Shown: positions 44,617 to 55,800 of the stretch, piece by piece | Position numbering within the stretch: the first letter of the stretch is position 1 | Layout of the letters: each line of letters begins with the position of its first letter | The notes under the pieces: generated by a model | The model's database searches: none | Told to the model about the DNA's origin: nothing | The model's input: only the letters and a program-made list of their open reading frames with translations | DNA from: Oikopleura dioica | Lineage: Eukaryota > Animalia > Chordata | Reading direction: 5' to 3' | NCBI GenBank assembly: GCA_907165135.1 | Contig: OU015569.1 | Coordinates: 6,448,001-6,512,000 of the forward strand | Length of the DNA: 64,000 nt | Translations under genes and position numbers: made by a program

Positions 44617-46397
44617 TCAATGTGCCCAAGATAGTGATTTAAATAACCATCCAAATACTCGATGAGATTTTCACGGCCCCCTTTGCTATATAAATTCTAA
44701 AATTCAATGAAGATCATTTCTAAATGAAATTCGCTTACATCCTTCTCTTCTGGGTCTCTCTCCATATTATACAATTCTTTGGATTCTGGAACGTATTTGA
44801 ACTCTTTCTTGCGAAGGGAAACCACTGGTCCGTTCTTTGCGTGAGTCAAGACTGGAGTATGAATAAGTTGCTCGTTTGCTTGTCCAGTTTCCATGTAGTG
44901 GACAAGACTTCTGCTGTCAGGGGCTTCGTTACAGTCTTGAGGACGTTATGATTCTGATTCTTGCTTCGAAAATATGGACATTATTAAAATAGAAGAATGA
45001 ATAACGCTCCTAAATCATATCCGATCAGATCTGCGAGAGTGGCGTAGACATCAACGTATGAGACAGCAACCTTCGGGTCGTAAATGGTACTCGGCGCAAA
45101 ACGTCTGGGGTAGCGCCATAGGAATGGAGTTCTGTGACCAGCTTCTCCATTCCAGTTCTTTGCACCTGAAAGTTCAATTGTTCGATCCGGCAGGTCGAGA
45201 CGATGCTTTCAAAGGGCAAATTGTGTATTCTTTTAACCTATAGTATGGTTACTCAAATTAATTTAAGCCTTTCCTGAGAGTGGCCATATTTTTCCAAGAT
45301 TTTCCTCGCAGTTCCGTCGGCTCCATTGTCAGACATGAAGACAACAAGTGTATCGTCAGCGATATCGTAAGTTTCCAATCTGTCGAAAATTCGTCCAACG
45401 ATTTCGTCAGCCTCCATGATCATTTCTCCGAGCATTCCTGCCTCTGTCTGGTTTCTAAATCTAATCGGCGTGTTGAATGGTTTGTGTCCAGATCGCATTC
45501 CGTAGTAGATGAAAAATTCTTGCTCGTGGCTCTCATCAATGAACTGCTCCACTTTTGGAATCACCAGCTCGTCGAAAAGTCGAGTGTCATACGATTTCAT
45601 CGCGAGCTGCTGACCAGGAAAGTTGCAGTGAAAAAGTGGAAGTTCGCCGAATTCTCCTTCGAATTTGTCGGTTTGACGGATGTCACCCATGTATCCGCTC
45701 ACAGGGAACTCATTGCACTTGCCCGTGTTTGCATCGTAATTTGTTTTCTTTGTGTTTTCCTCTGGGTATGGCTGCTGGAGGATCCAGGTGTCGACTGGTT
45801 CGATTCCTTTTCCGTTTTCGTAGAATCCGCCTGGTTGACAACAAACAGAACTTTGCGTGAAGGAATAATCGTAGCTGTGATCAAGAGGACTGATACTTTG
45901 TATGTAGGTACCCGGCAAGTCGTTCGCAGGACGGAAGTTTCCCCAACTTTCCCCGTATTCCTTCATCTGTTCCATGAACTCTTTGTCAAGTCGTCTTGTT
46001 TCTCTTTCATCCTCGAGTGTCGCATTGAGATTCTTGATTTGAGACACAAGGGGTTGAAACTTCCCGAAAATACCCGTCTTGTAGCCAGATTTTTGAACAT
46101 TTCGCCGAGCTGTGGCTCTCCTAAGCCGATTTTCCGTGAAGGTGAATCTTCCATCGAGTATCGACCAGTCATGAGCATGTACCTACTTGGCGAACAACGG
46201 CTAGAGCCTGAGTGACCGTCAAGAAATTTCACTCCTTCGTTTCCGATTCTGTCGATATTAGGCGTGGGCACTTTTCCATCTTTGTTGTAGACTTGAAAGT
46301 CGCCGATTCCGAAGTCATCGCAGTTCAGCAAGATCACATTCGGCCGCCTTGTATTCTCTGCAATTGAAAGTGCCAAAAAACTCGAAAATAATTTCAT
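44617..46397 (-). CDS. Secreted arylsulfatase (family S1, formylglycine-dependent)
   Basis: RPNVILLNCDDFG, TPNIDR, CSPSRYMLMTGRY (CxPxR), TLVVFMSDNG, EAGHRTPF and ELYNMERDPEE. One -1 homopolymer frameshift at about 46090-46094. Confidence 0.9.
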
Positions 46398-46752
46398 TTT
46401 CTGTCTCTTTACGATTGAACGAGAAATGCGGATTTCTGGTGAACCTTTTGATTTATATGTGCGTGCTCTAAGTAGTATCCATGTTTGGTATGAAAATAGA
46501 CATTCTGGTTACCTCGAATGATGGACTTAGCATAAATAACGTGAGCGCCCGTTACGACTAACTAGTTATCAGTATTACGCGGAGAAATTTAGATGTCTAA
46601 AAGTAAAAGACTCTTCTTAGATTGAAAACAATCTAAAGATGTTTGCGAACATTTTTTTGAAAAAAAACAACTGTCAAAAGTAGAGTCGAAATTTTTTTGT
46701 CTTCTGCAGGCCAAGCGGATGTAAAAGCAACGCTGTTTTTAAAAGACGCAGA

Positions 46753-47191
46753 ATGACCGAGTTTTTCGAATATATGCTTTCAAAAGCAAAGAGCTCATTT
46801 CATGTCGATTCCAAGAAGAAGGATGATGAGAACGGAATGTCGAAAAGGTTCGTACGAGCAAAAGCATTCCAAGAGAATCGAATAGATGTCAACAACAGTC
46901 ATAGAGTCGGAATATCAATTCAGACCCTTGTTTCCTCCACCTCCGCCACCTTTCGATCTGAATAAAAACTACGTCGGCCAGGCGCACCGAACATTGAAGA
47001 GTAAACCGGCTGGTCCAGTCACACCACTTACCCGGAGCGTCACAACGAATTCTTTCGGGTGTCAACAAAAGAAGGATAAACCGATCACGCGTACTTTCGA
47101 CCTCATCAGCTGGCTGCGAAACAAGAAAAAGAACCCCTCGAAAAAAGTCAACGTCACGAAGTCAATGTTTGACCTCACTTCGGATTACTGA
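46753..47191 (+). CDS. Small orphan protein with a polyproline motif (probably 2 exons)
   Basis: Two overlapping ORFs can be joined by a short GT-AG intron. Contains FPPPPPPF and a basic tail. Confidence 0.35.
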
Positions 47192-47410
47192 AATCTGATC
47201 CGAGTCTATTTTCTCCTGCAGACAAACATTTAGTCCAGAAAACAATACAAGCTTAAAAACATCTAATGAAAGAACAAACTTAGAGCATTTCTGCTTTAAA
47301 TTTGTCTTGGCTTTCATTACTGTTTTATATTTTATTTCCAATAATTTTATTCAGGGTTTATTGAAACAGAAGGAGCATTGCACGTTTTTTTTTATTTTAA
47401 ACAGGATTCG

Positions 47411-47868
47411 TCACATGTAGAACTTCCAGATAATGAACATGATCAAACTCGTCACTATCATGCCACCCCACAAGATGAGTCTATCCTAAAATTCAACAGC
47501 TTAGAATCTGAGGACCTGGCATAGCTGTACCTGATCAGCACGTTTGCCTATCAATCTGATGACAGTTTGAGACATTCCAAGTTGATTGGCGATATTTAAC
47601 ATTTTCTGTTTAACTCCTTTTAATTGCTCTCTCTGGCCAACGAGTCCGGCAAGACTGGACTCCGCGGCGTCGAGAATGTTGTCCATGTCTAGATTGATTT
47701 ATACAAAAAGTAAAAAAAAATGTAGGATTTACTTCTATTCGCAGAGCCCAAACGATCGTAATGAGCCCCTTCCATGTCCAGTGCCGTATCTTTTTGGAAT
47801 GAGTTGAATGAGCTTCTGTTCGGGTCTTGATACTCAAAAAGACGATCACGATCTCGATTGTAGGCCAT
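47411..47868 (-). CDS. GOSR2: Golgi Qb-SNARE membrin/GS27-like
   Basis: QREQLKGVKQKMLNIANQLGMSQTVIRLIGKRADQDRLILWGGMIVT followed by a C-terminal TM anchor, matching the GOSR2 SNARE motif. Confidence 0.85.
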
Positions 47869-48720
47869 TTTGACTCTCAACTGCAAAAATGCGTGAATAA
47901 AATAAAATAAACAATTTGAAATTTATTTGAGACGAGTACGGGAAGTGAAGTGAAATTTGTGTCTAACTAAAGTAAAAAACAGCTGGAGACTGTGAATGTA
48001 CAATATATATTCGTAGTTATAACACACAATAGTAGATTATTTCTTCGATGGAAGGCACGTGATAGTACTAATTAGGCTTTAGTTTATTAGTAGCGCTAAT
48101 TAGTTAGTCGAACAAAAATTAAATAAATAAGTTGAAGTAGGTTAATGAAGTAATTTGGCGATGAACTTGAAAATGAACTGTTAATTACAATATTAAGAAA
48201 GTAAGAAAAATATTAAATTAACATGCAAATGTCGAACAATGGTCAGAAAGAAGCAACAAAAAAGAAACAAAACGCAACTTTCGAAATAAAGAAGGCCTCA
48301 GCGTTGAAAAGTATAATGAGAAAATGGAACTGTATGGAATAGGTAATACAGTAATTCGAGTGACGCTTTCTAATGCTGAAATATTAATGAAAAACACATT
48401 AGAAGGCTAAACTAACGCCCAAATGGCTCACTAATGCTCCGGATGCATCAGCGCAGTCACTTGGCGACGCTAGTAACGCCACGCTGAAGGTAACGATTGT
48501 AAAGGCAAGATCAATAGGTAAAAGGGCAACGGGCTTGAGCACCGTTCGCTCGAGCGCTAGTGGCAGAAACTTATCAGTGGTTCAGAATAGCCTCGCCACA
48601 GAATCCGATAAGTTTTTAGAAATAAAAAACACTGACAATAACGCTCGAAAAATGCTGCTCGTGGTTTTAGTATGAAAACTATGTTAATTAAGCTAAATTA
48701 AAAAATAAAAGTTTGTTAAC

Positions 48721-51700
48721 TTAGGCGTCAGATCGCCGATGCGGCGGCTGGTACATCACGATTTCCCTTGCTGGGCGCCGTGAACGGTTGTCCGAAGGTT
48801 TGCGGTGATCTCCATTAGCTGACACGCCATCTTGTGGCTCTGAACATTCGGTTACTCGCTTTATGAACTGATTCGCTCACTTTTGTTATTCTTGAATGTA
48901 ACTTCGCGGTCGTAGTTGGATTCTTTCGGCTCTTGACGTTCTTGGCGGTCTTTTCGCCTATCGTTTTGACTTTTCTTTTTCTTGTTTCCACGGTGGTCGT
49001 GGTTGTCTTGAAAGCGCCGGTCGTCAGAAAGCAAGCTGGCTCCGAAATCCTATTTTCGGGATTAAATCGCTATTCATATGCAAAACGGCGCTGTTTTCTT
49101 TTTAAAAGACAAAGTAAAAATAATAACACATTATATGCTAATACATCATTATGATTATAAAAATCCCCTTCCTTTCCGCGAGGTAATCTTAAGTCTTCTC
49201 CCCACTGCTGGGACGGAACATGTTTATGCTCCTTTGACATGTTTTTGCCGTTTTGGGCTGTGCTATTATTGAAGTGGTTATCTTTCTTTTGCGAGTGTCG
49301 ACGCTGGAGATTGGGCGTTTTCTGCTGCTCAGACAGACCGTGAGTGTCAGAGCGGAAGTTGGATGATCTGTTGTTATCGGAAACTTGCCGCTCAAACTTT
49401 TGGCTTTGAGGTGGGTTGTTGTTGTTGTTTGGGTGGTACGAATTTCTTTGGCGGAAGCTTTGAAGTTTATTAGACTCGTCTTTAGATATTGACTTTTGCC
49501 TGAATAACGCGATTCACGAATATTCATTTGGAAAGTAAGTTACCTTAGGATACGCTGATCTGGCCCTTGAGACTTTGCGCGGCCTTGCCGCTTCTGACTT
49601 TGCTCGCGTCGATTGTTTCTTGAGCGTCCAGAGTTTTCTCTCGGACTGGAAAAGTCCTGGTCCAAGTAGTTAGTGTTGTGCGAAACTTCTCGGTCTCTAT
49701 GAGCTGATTGAGCACGGCGCTGATCTCGTTTTTTTGAGCTACTACGGCGGGATTTCTGTCGCTGAGAACGATTCTCTTCTTTTCCCGTGTCAAATTTTAC
49801 TAATGATCCCGGTGTTATTTTCAGTGGTGGTGTACAGTGCTTACCTTCCGTGGCAAATTTTACTCCAGACGAGCGCGTAGACTCACTGAGGCTTTCGCCG
49901 TCAGTAGAAGTCGTTCCATCATTCTTGGAAATGTGCCTCCCGTTGTTTGAGGAAGATTTTTCCGCATTGCTTTCGCGACGTTTTTGCTTATTCTTCTCTC
50001 TTTTTTCAAGGTTGTCCTGGTGCACTTTCTGCTGTTTCTCCCATCGAAGTCGGCCTCGTTTGAAGGCGAGATCATTTTCCATGAGCCAAGCAATTCTCTC
50101 ATCACCCTCCAAGTGACCTGGGACAATGACCCCGGGCGAAGGCTTATCGAACTCCTTCGAACGGACAAATTTATGGGAAACATAAAGACCAGTCTCTTGA
50201 GCGACAACCTTGAAAAATTCGTCAATCCGAATTTTTATAAAGCGCGGGTAGCGTTAGTGTGCCACTCGTCAATCAAAATACGCTGTTAATTTATTTATGA
50301 ATACCTTTGCGCGAAGCTGAGCCAGTTCCATGTCCTTGATCTGTTCTCGTCTACTAACTTCGTCGAGCTTTGCCACAAGTTTGTCCATCTCGGCCTTTTT
50401 GTTTTCCTTTTCTTCTTTGTCAGGCTCTGAAATTTGTACATCAAGGCCAATCGTGTCCGCAGCGTCTCGAAGAACACTTCGCCATGAATCCTCAAAAGCT
50501 GGATCATCTTTCCCCCAACGCTTCGTCACGTTTATCGTGATTGTTTTTGCAAGCTTTTCCAACTCCTCCTGGCCCATATCAAAATCTCCAAGTGCCACTT
50601 CATAGCATAGTTCTTTGACTGCTTGGAGTTTCACATCGGCCATGGTGACCCAGCTTGCTTCAGGTGCTTGGGACTTTAGAACGGTCAGAAACATGAAAAT
50701 TTAAAGAAAATCAGTTGTTTACAAATCAAGTTTGAGCTGACCATTACCTTAATCTCACCAGCGTCGAGCAGGCCCAGATTAGCAGTTTGACCAACCACGC
50801 CAGCAGTTTTCATTATCTTCTGAACTTGCTTCGCTTGCAGTCTATCTCTCAGCGCTTTAATTAGCCTCCAGCTCGTTTCTGCGGGATCGGTTTGCCCGTT
50901 TTCAGCCTTTTGTTTTTCGCGACGATAGGCCTTAAAGAAAAAGATAGCCACCCATTCGTGTCAAGGTGATTACCTCTTCTGCATAAGTAAGCAGTTGGCG
51001 CTCCATTTCTTGCTCCATATCGATCCCGGCCTCATCGAGCAACTCCTTTTGTGCTTGGTCCCAATCGAAGTGTATTTCCGATGCTGCTACAGAAGCCGTA
51101 TCAGAGACTATGTCAGAGCCGCCGATTGTGTCTTTCAGTGCTGTACCAGACGCAAAACGGAACACGTGCGTCTTTCCAAAAATGATTCGATCGCCGTGTT
51201 TAAGCTCGACGCCAGACTCAGCTACTCTGCGGCCATTAACAAAAAGATCTGCCTCGCCGACTGGCTTCAAAAGGTTCCCAGTAAATGATGCGTGTTCCTT
51301 TAACACATCGTCGCCCTCGAGAGTTATGTCTGCTTCAGTCGAGCTTCCCACTTTTGTGGTGGCACTGAGTAGGTACAACAAGCACTCGGAGAGTAAGGGA
51401 TCGGGGCACAGATTCACAAGATGCGGCTGTTTAGGCACACTAAGTCCAGCGCTTTTGCAAACACCAAGGTTCTCCATTTCAACGACTTTCTCCTCTATAA
51501 TCTTTTTGGAAAGATCTACTTTCTCATTCCAGTCCTTTTCTAACTCGCCAACGAGACGCTGGTTTTCTTGTAGCATGTCCTGTACTTCGGCAGAGTTTTC
51601 AACAATATCATCTTTCTTCTCACTCTCCATAAGAGCTTTTAGCTGGGTGATTTCACTCCTCAGCGCGTTAATCAGTTTCGTTGTTGGGTCTTCATTGATC

Positions 51701-52855
51701 ACAGCGTGGCACTGCACTTTCCTGGCGCGATCGGCCCATCGAAGCGTCGACAATGTTTCTTCAACAGAGTCGTCTGCTGGACTCACTGCAGCAAGAACCC
51801 ACGTCCGAGAGTTTCCGCCAAGAGAATCCTTCAGAAGCCAAGTCAACACAGATTCACGGTACGGGACGTGCTTTTTCTTCTCCGATAGCGCGTGTATGAC
51901 CTTGCCAAGAGTTGTGAGGGACTTATTGATCGCTCCTCCCTCTTTTAGCCGTGTTCCGACTGTCCCCGCTGAAGAGGATCTTTCCGAACCGGCTAAATCA
52001 ATTAGCGCGACTTTAGACTTCTTCTCAAAAACATTCACTCCATCTTCAGATTTCTATAATAATTATCGTCTTAAGACATTGCCAAACAACACTTTACTTA
52101 CCTTCTGTTTTATAAAAATCTGAAAGACCGCATGACTTCTTGACGAGCTCTGGTTCATATTCGTAGCCGCTACAGTTCGTGCAGCGTTGCCTGATAACAT
52201 GATTTGGAGCGCTTCTTCTGAGCTTGTTGCGGCCAGCTTTTTGAGCCCTTCTACGTACGGTCCTAATGCTGGATGTTCTCTGACTCGAAGGGGCTTGTCT
52301 GATTTCTTGCCAAGCAGATCTCGAACTTTCTCGCAGTAAATCTCCATGTACGAGACTTCTATTTCAGTCTGGATTCCTTCATTTTCATTCTTCGCGGCGA
52401 AATCATACAAGGACGAGGCAATCTGAGGAATGAGCCCCGGCTGCTTTCTGGACCCCATCATAGAAAACGACTTTCCAGCACCAGTTTGACCGTAGGCTGA
52501 AAACATAAGCTAAAAGAGTGAAGATTGTCGGAGTGAGTTACCCATGAGACAGCAGTTGTAGCCATCTAACGCGTGTTTCAGCAGTTCAGTGCCGATCGAT
52601 TCGTAAACGTTCTCTTGGGATGAGAACTCCTGCGACTTGTCGAATGACCAGAAACATTCGTCGAAAGAAAATGTCTTCGCTTCTTTGTCATTTGTCGCCG
52701 TGCATTTCACTCCTTCCACAGCTAGCGCGCATTTCGCTCCAATACTAACCAAGTTTACGTTATTGATGATGAAGAGGAAAAGCGAAATACCTTAATTCGC
52801 GCTTATTGAACGGCCGCACTCTGATCGACACTTTCACTGCTGAACTCGTTCCCAT
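48721..52855 (-). CDS. Kinesin-3, KIF1C/KIF1B-alpha-like (motor, FHA, coiled coils, disordered basic tail)
   Basis: [77 protein letters not shown], and tail [18 protein letters not shown] and [10 protein letters not shown]. The 3' end is approximate. Confidence 0.9.
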
Positions 52856-52875
52856 TTTCTTTTATTCCATTCTAT

Positions 52876-55800
52876 CTAAACAAGCGAAACATTAATCTTC
52901 CATTTGTCTGCAAAAATCATCATAATTCTCAAACAGACATAAACTGAACATTGGCTTTGTTCTTCCCACATTCGTTCTGCCACATTTTGTATGTCTCTGA
53001 CGCTTTCTTTCTGAAGGCGACTGGAAGCGCAGCGAAATGGCTCTTGACCTGCACTTCTGAGCCAATTCTGTACAACAATTTCAAACACTCCACCGTATTG
53101 TTCACCTCTGAAAAGTAATTCAAGATTTCTTCATCCTACTAACTTTTCAAAGGGAAAAGAGAGCTTGAGGGCGAAATTTACTACTTACCAGGGAATTTAA
53201 TTGCCAAGCTGAGAAATGGCTCAAGAATGAAGCCCATCGGTTTTCCAATTTTCTCGCTCAAATGAGAATTATTCGATATGCTCTGTAAAAGTCTCCGCAA
53301 AGGCTCAACTAAATCAGCAGCATTCTTCAACTCCAAGATCGCGACGATATACATTTTAACTGCGGCGACAATCAACGGTGCAAGTTGACACAGTTTCTTT
53401 CTAAGTTTTTCCATAGTGAGCATCGTGTCCAAAATACCAATAAATGAGTACAAATGACTTTCGGTTAACTCTTCCGGTAAATCCATAGCGATGTCGAGTA
53501 TTCTTTGTAAACGGACGCGGGATATATTGATCTTGAGCGTGAATATCTGCTGCATTATCATGGCTTCAAGGGGTTATCAAATGAATAATTCAAAATAAAT
53601 CGAAAAGCTATATGCAGACTATTAAAAACTTTCGTTGAGTAACCCTTTCCCATGAAGACGTAGTTGCCCATCGTGGCAGTAGTCAGGGTTCCAATTCTGG
53701 CTGAGCGCTGAGCGATATCTGAGCGTGAGCGAGCGATGAGCGAGCGAGCGATCGCTCACGCTCCGCTCACTCAACTGATTTTCATAGAGAACCGCTCAGT
53801 CGCTCGCTCGCTCAAGGTCAAAAAATATGATAGCTGAGCGAGGTTTAAGCGAGATCCGAGCGAGGCTGGAGCGACGTTGGAGCGAGTTTTGAGGGACATT
53901 GGAGCGAGGTTTGAGCGCCGCTCGAGCGAGGTTTGAGCGACGCTTGAGCGAGGTTTATTACTCACTAGCCAATTCTCCGCGCTTATTGGCCAAGATCTAA
54001 AAACTCCTTGGCGGATAGCGAATGAATGAGTAGGATTTTAAGTCACGGATTTATTAAAAAGAGAGAATTTCAAATAAATTCTGCGAATAATTCTAGCATA
54101 TTGTTGCCAGCAATATACGGTTGGCGTGTTAGGTCGTTGGGTTTTCCCCGCCGTCTACAACTATTGAGTTGGTAACAGTAAAAAAATATTTTTCGCTGAA
54201 ACCCACCGTCCTCAACCTTACATTTTTTCAAAATTTAGGCTCGACTCAACAATTGGTTTCGTTAGCTCACAATATCCAGGTGGCGTGTTAGGTCGTTGGG
54301 TTTTCCCCGCCGTCTACATCTGTTGAGTGAGTTAACATATAATATTTTTCGGTCAGCCTGATTTGTCATTGATACCCAAGGCAACCCAATAATTTATTTT
54401 TTACGACAGCTTCATTATTTCTCTTTCGATTATTACAGCCATTCAACAGGTTTCTTCAACAATTAGACTAACCTCAAAAATTGGTTATGTTAACTTACAA
54501 TATCCAGTTGGCGTGTTAGGTCGTTGGGTTTTCCCCGCCGTCTACAACTGTTGAGTAGGTTAACATAGAATATTTTACGGCTAGCCTGATTTTGATTGTG
54601 GGTCTAAATTATACGGTATAATAACCCTAATTATACCGTATAATCCAGGCTACTCCTGCATTTCACAAAATCCCGCATTTCTCAAATCCTGAATTTCTCA
54701 AAATCCCGTATTTCTAAAATCGCAATATCAGGATTCTGCCGATTCAGGATTTTGGGAAATGCGGGATTTTTTATTCCTTCGAGTTAATTTTCTTGCTGAC
54801 AAAATTTAAATTGATTGATCATATAACTTAATTTTCTTGGCTTCTCCATAGCCAATCCAGGATTGGCAATCCTGGCTTCACCAACTTCAGTCCTGGCTTC
54901 AACAACTTCGATCTTAGCTTTACAGACGTCAATCCTGGTTGCTCAAACGTCAATCCTGGCATCTCCAGCGTCAATCCCGGCTTCTTTAAATCCGATCCGG
55001 CCGTCACTTTCTTCAAACCTAGCTTCTCTGATGTCAGTCCCGGCTTCTCAGTTCTCTATTATTGCTTCTTGAATGTCGATAATGGCTTTTCGAAGATTTG
55101 ATTATTGTTGGAAAATCCTTGATTGAAACTGATGAAGCCGGGATCGACGTTGAAGAAGTCGGGATTGACGTCAAAAAACCCGGGGTTGACATTGGAGAAG
55201 CCGTGATTGAAGTCGGTGAAGCTAGGATTGAAGATGTAGAAACCAGAATTGACGATGGACGAGCCATGATTGATATTATATCAATGATATTTGAGAAAAC
55301 ATGATTAAAGCCAGGATTTGGGTTGAAGGCTTCAACTTGAAGCTAGGATCGGCTTCTTTTTGGGCGAACGGCGACTTTGGCAAATGGAGACCAAACGGAC
55401 TTGAAATTTTAGCTGAATCCTTCATTTCTCAAAATCCGGCTTTTCTCAATACTCTATTTCCAAAAATCCTGAATCCGCAGAATTCTGAATTGGCGATTTG
55501 AGAAATACGGGATTTTTAGAAATCCGGGATTTGAGAAATGCGGGATTTCGGGAAATGCGGGAGCAGCCAGATTGGGCTATAAAAGAACTTCTATTGATGA
55601 CCAGAAAAATGAAGTACGGTTCGCCAAGAACCTTCTCGGCGAACCGTTGAGGGGTCTATTTTGGCGAACCGTTCGTCAACCAAAATTTTCTTGCTTCGCT
55701 TGACGAATCCTCAATGTTTTCGCCTTTGCTTCGCTTTTGCCTTGATTTTTTTTTGGCAAATTTGAATGCCTGGGGAAGTTAAAAATTTCGCTCGAGCGTC

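Noticed and set aside
51110-52123. Long plus-strand ORF (337 aa); likewise 45280-46215, 18238-18786 and 26949-27395
   Set aside because: Antisense shadows of well-supported genes on the other strand, with no motifs of their own.
54121-54560. CRISPR-like array of 37-bp repeats
   Set aside because: Only three units. The spacers are about 120-190 bp, unequal and similar to each other. There are no cas genes, the context is eukaryotic, and the array lies inside a transposon.
54828-55304. Heptad-repeat ORFs (ASPTSIL, KPGL and GIDVEE types) as genes
   Set aside because: They are translations of a 21-bp minisatellite, open on both strands, inside inverted repeats.
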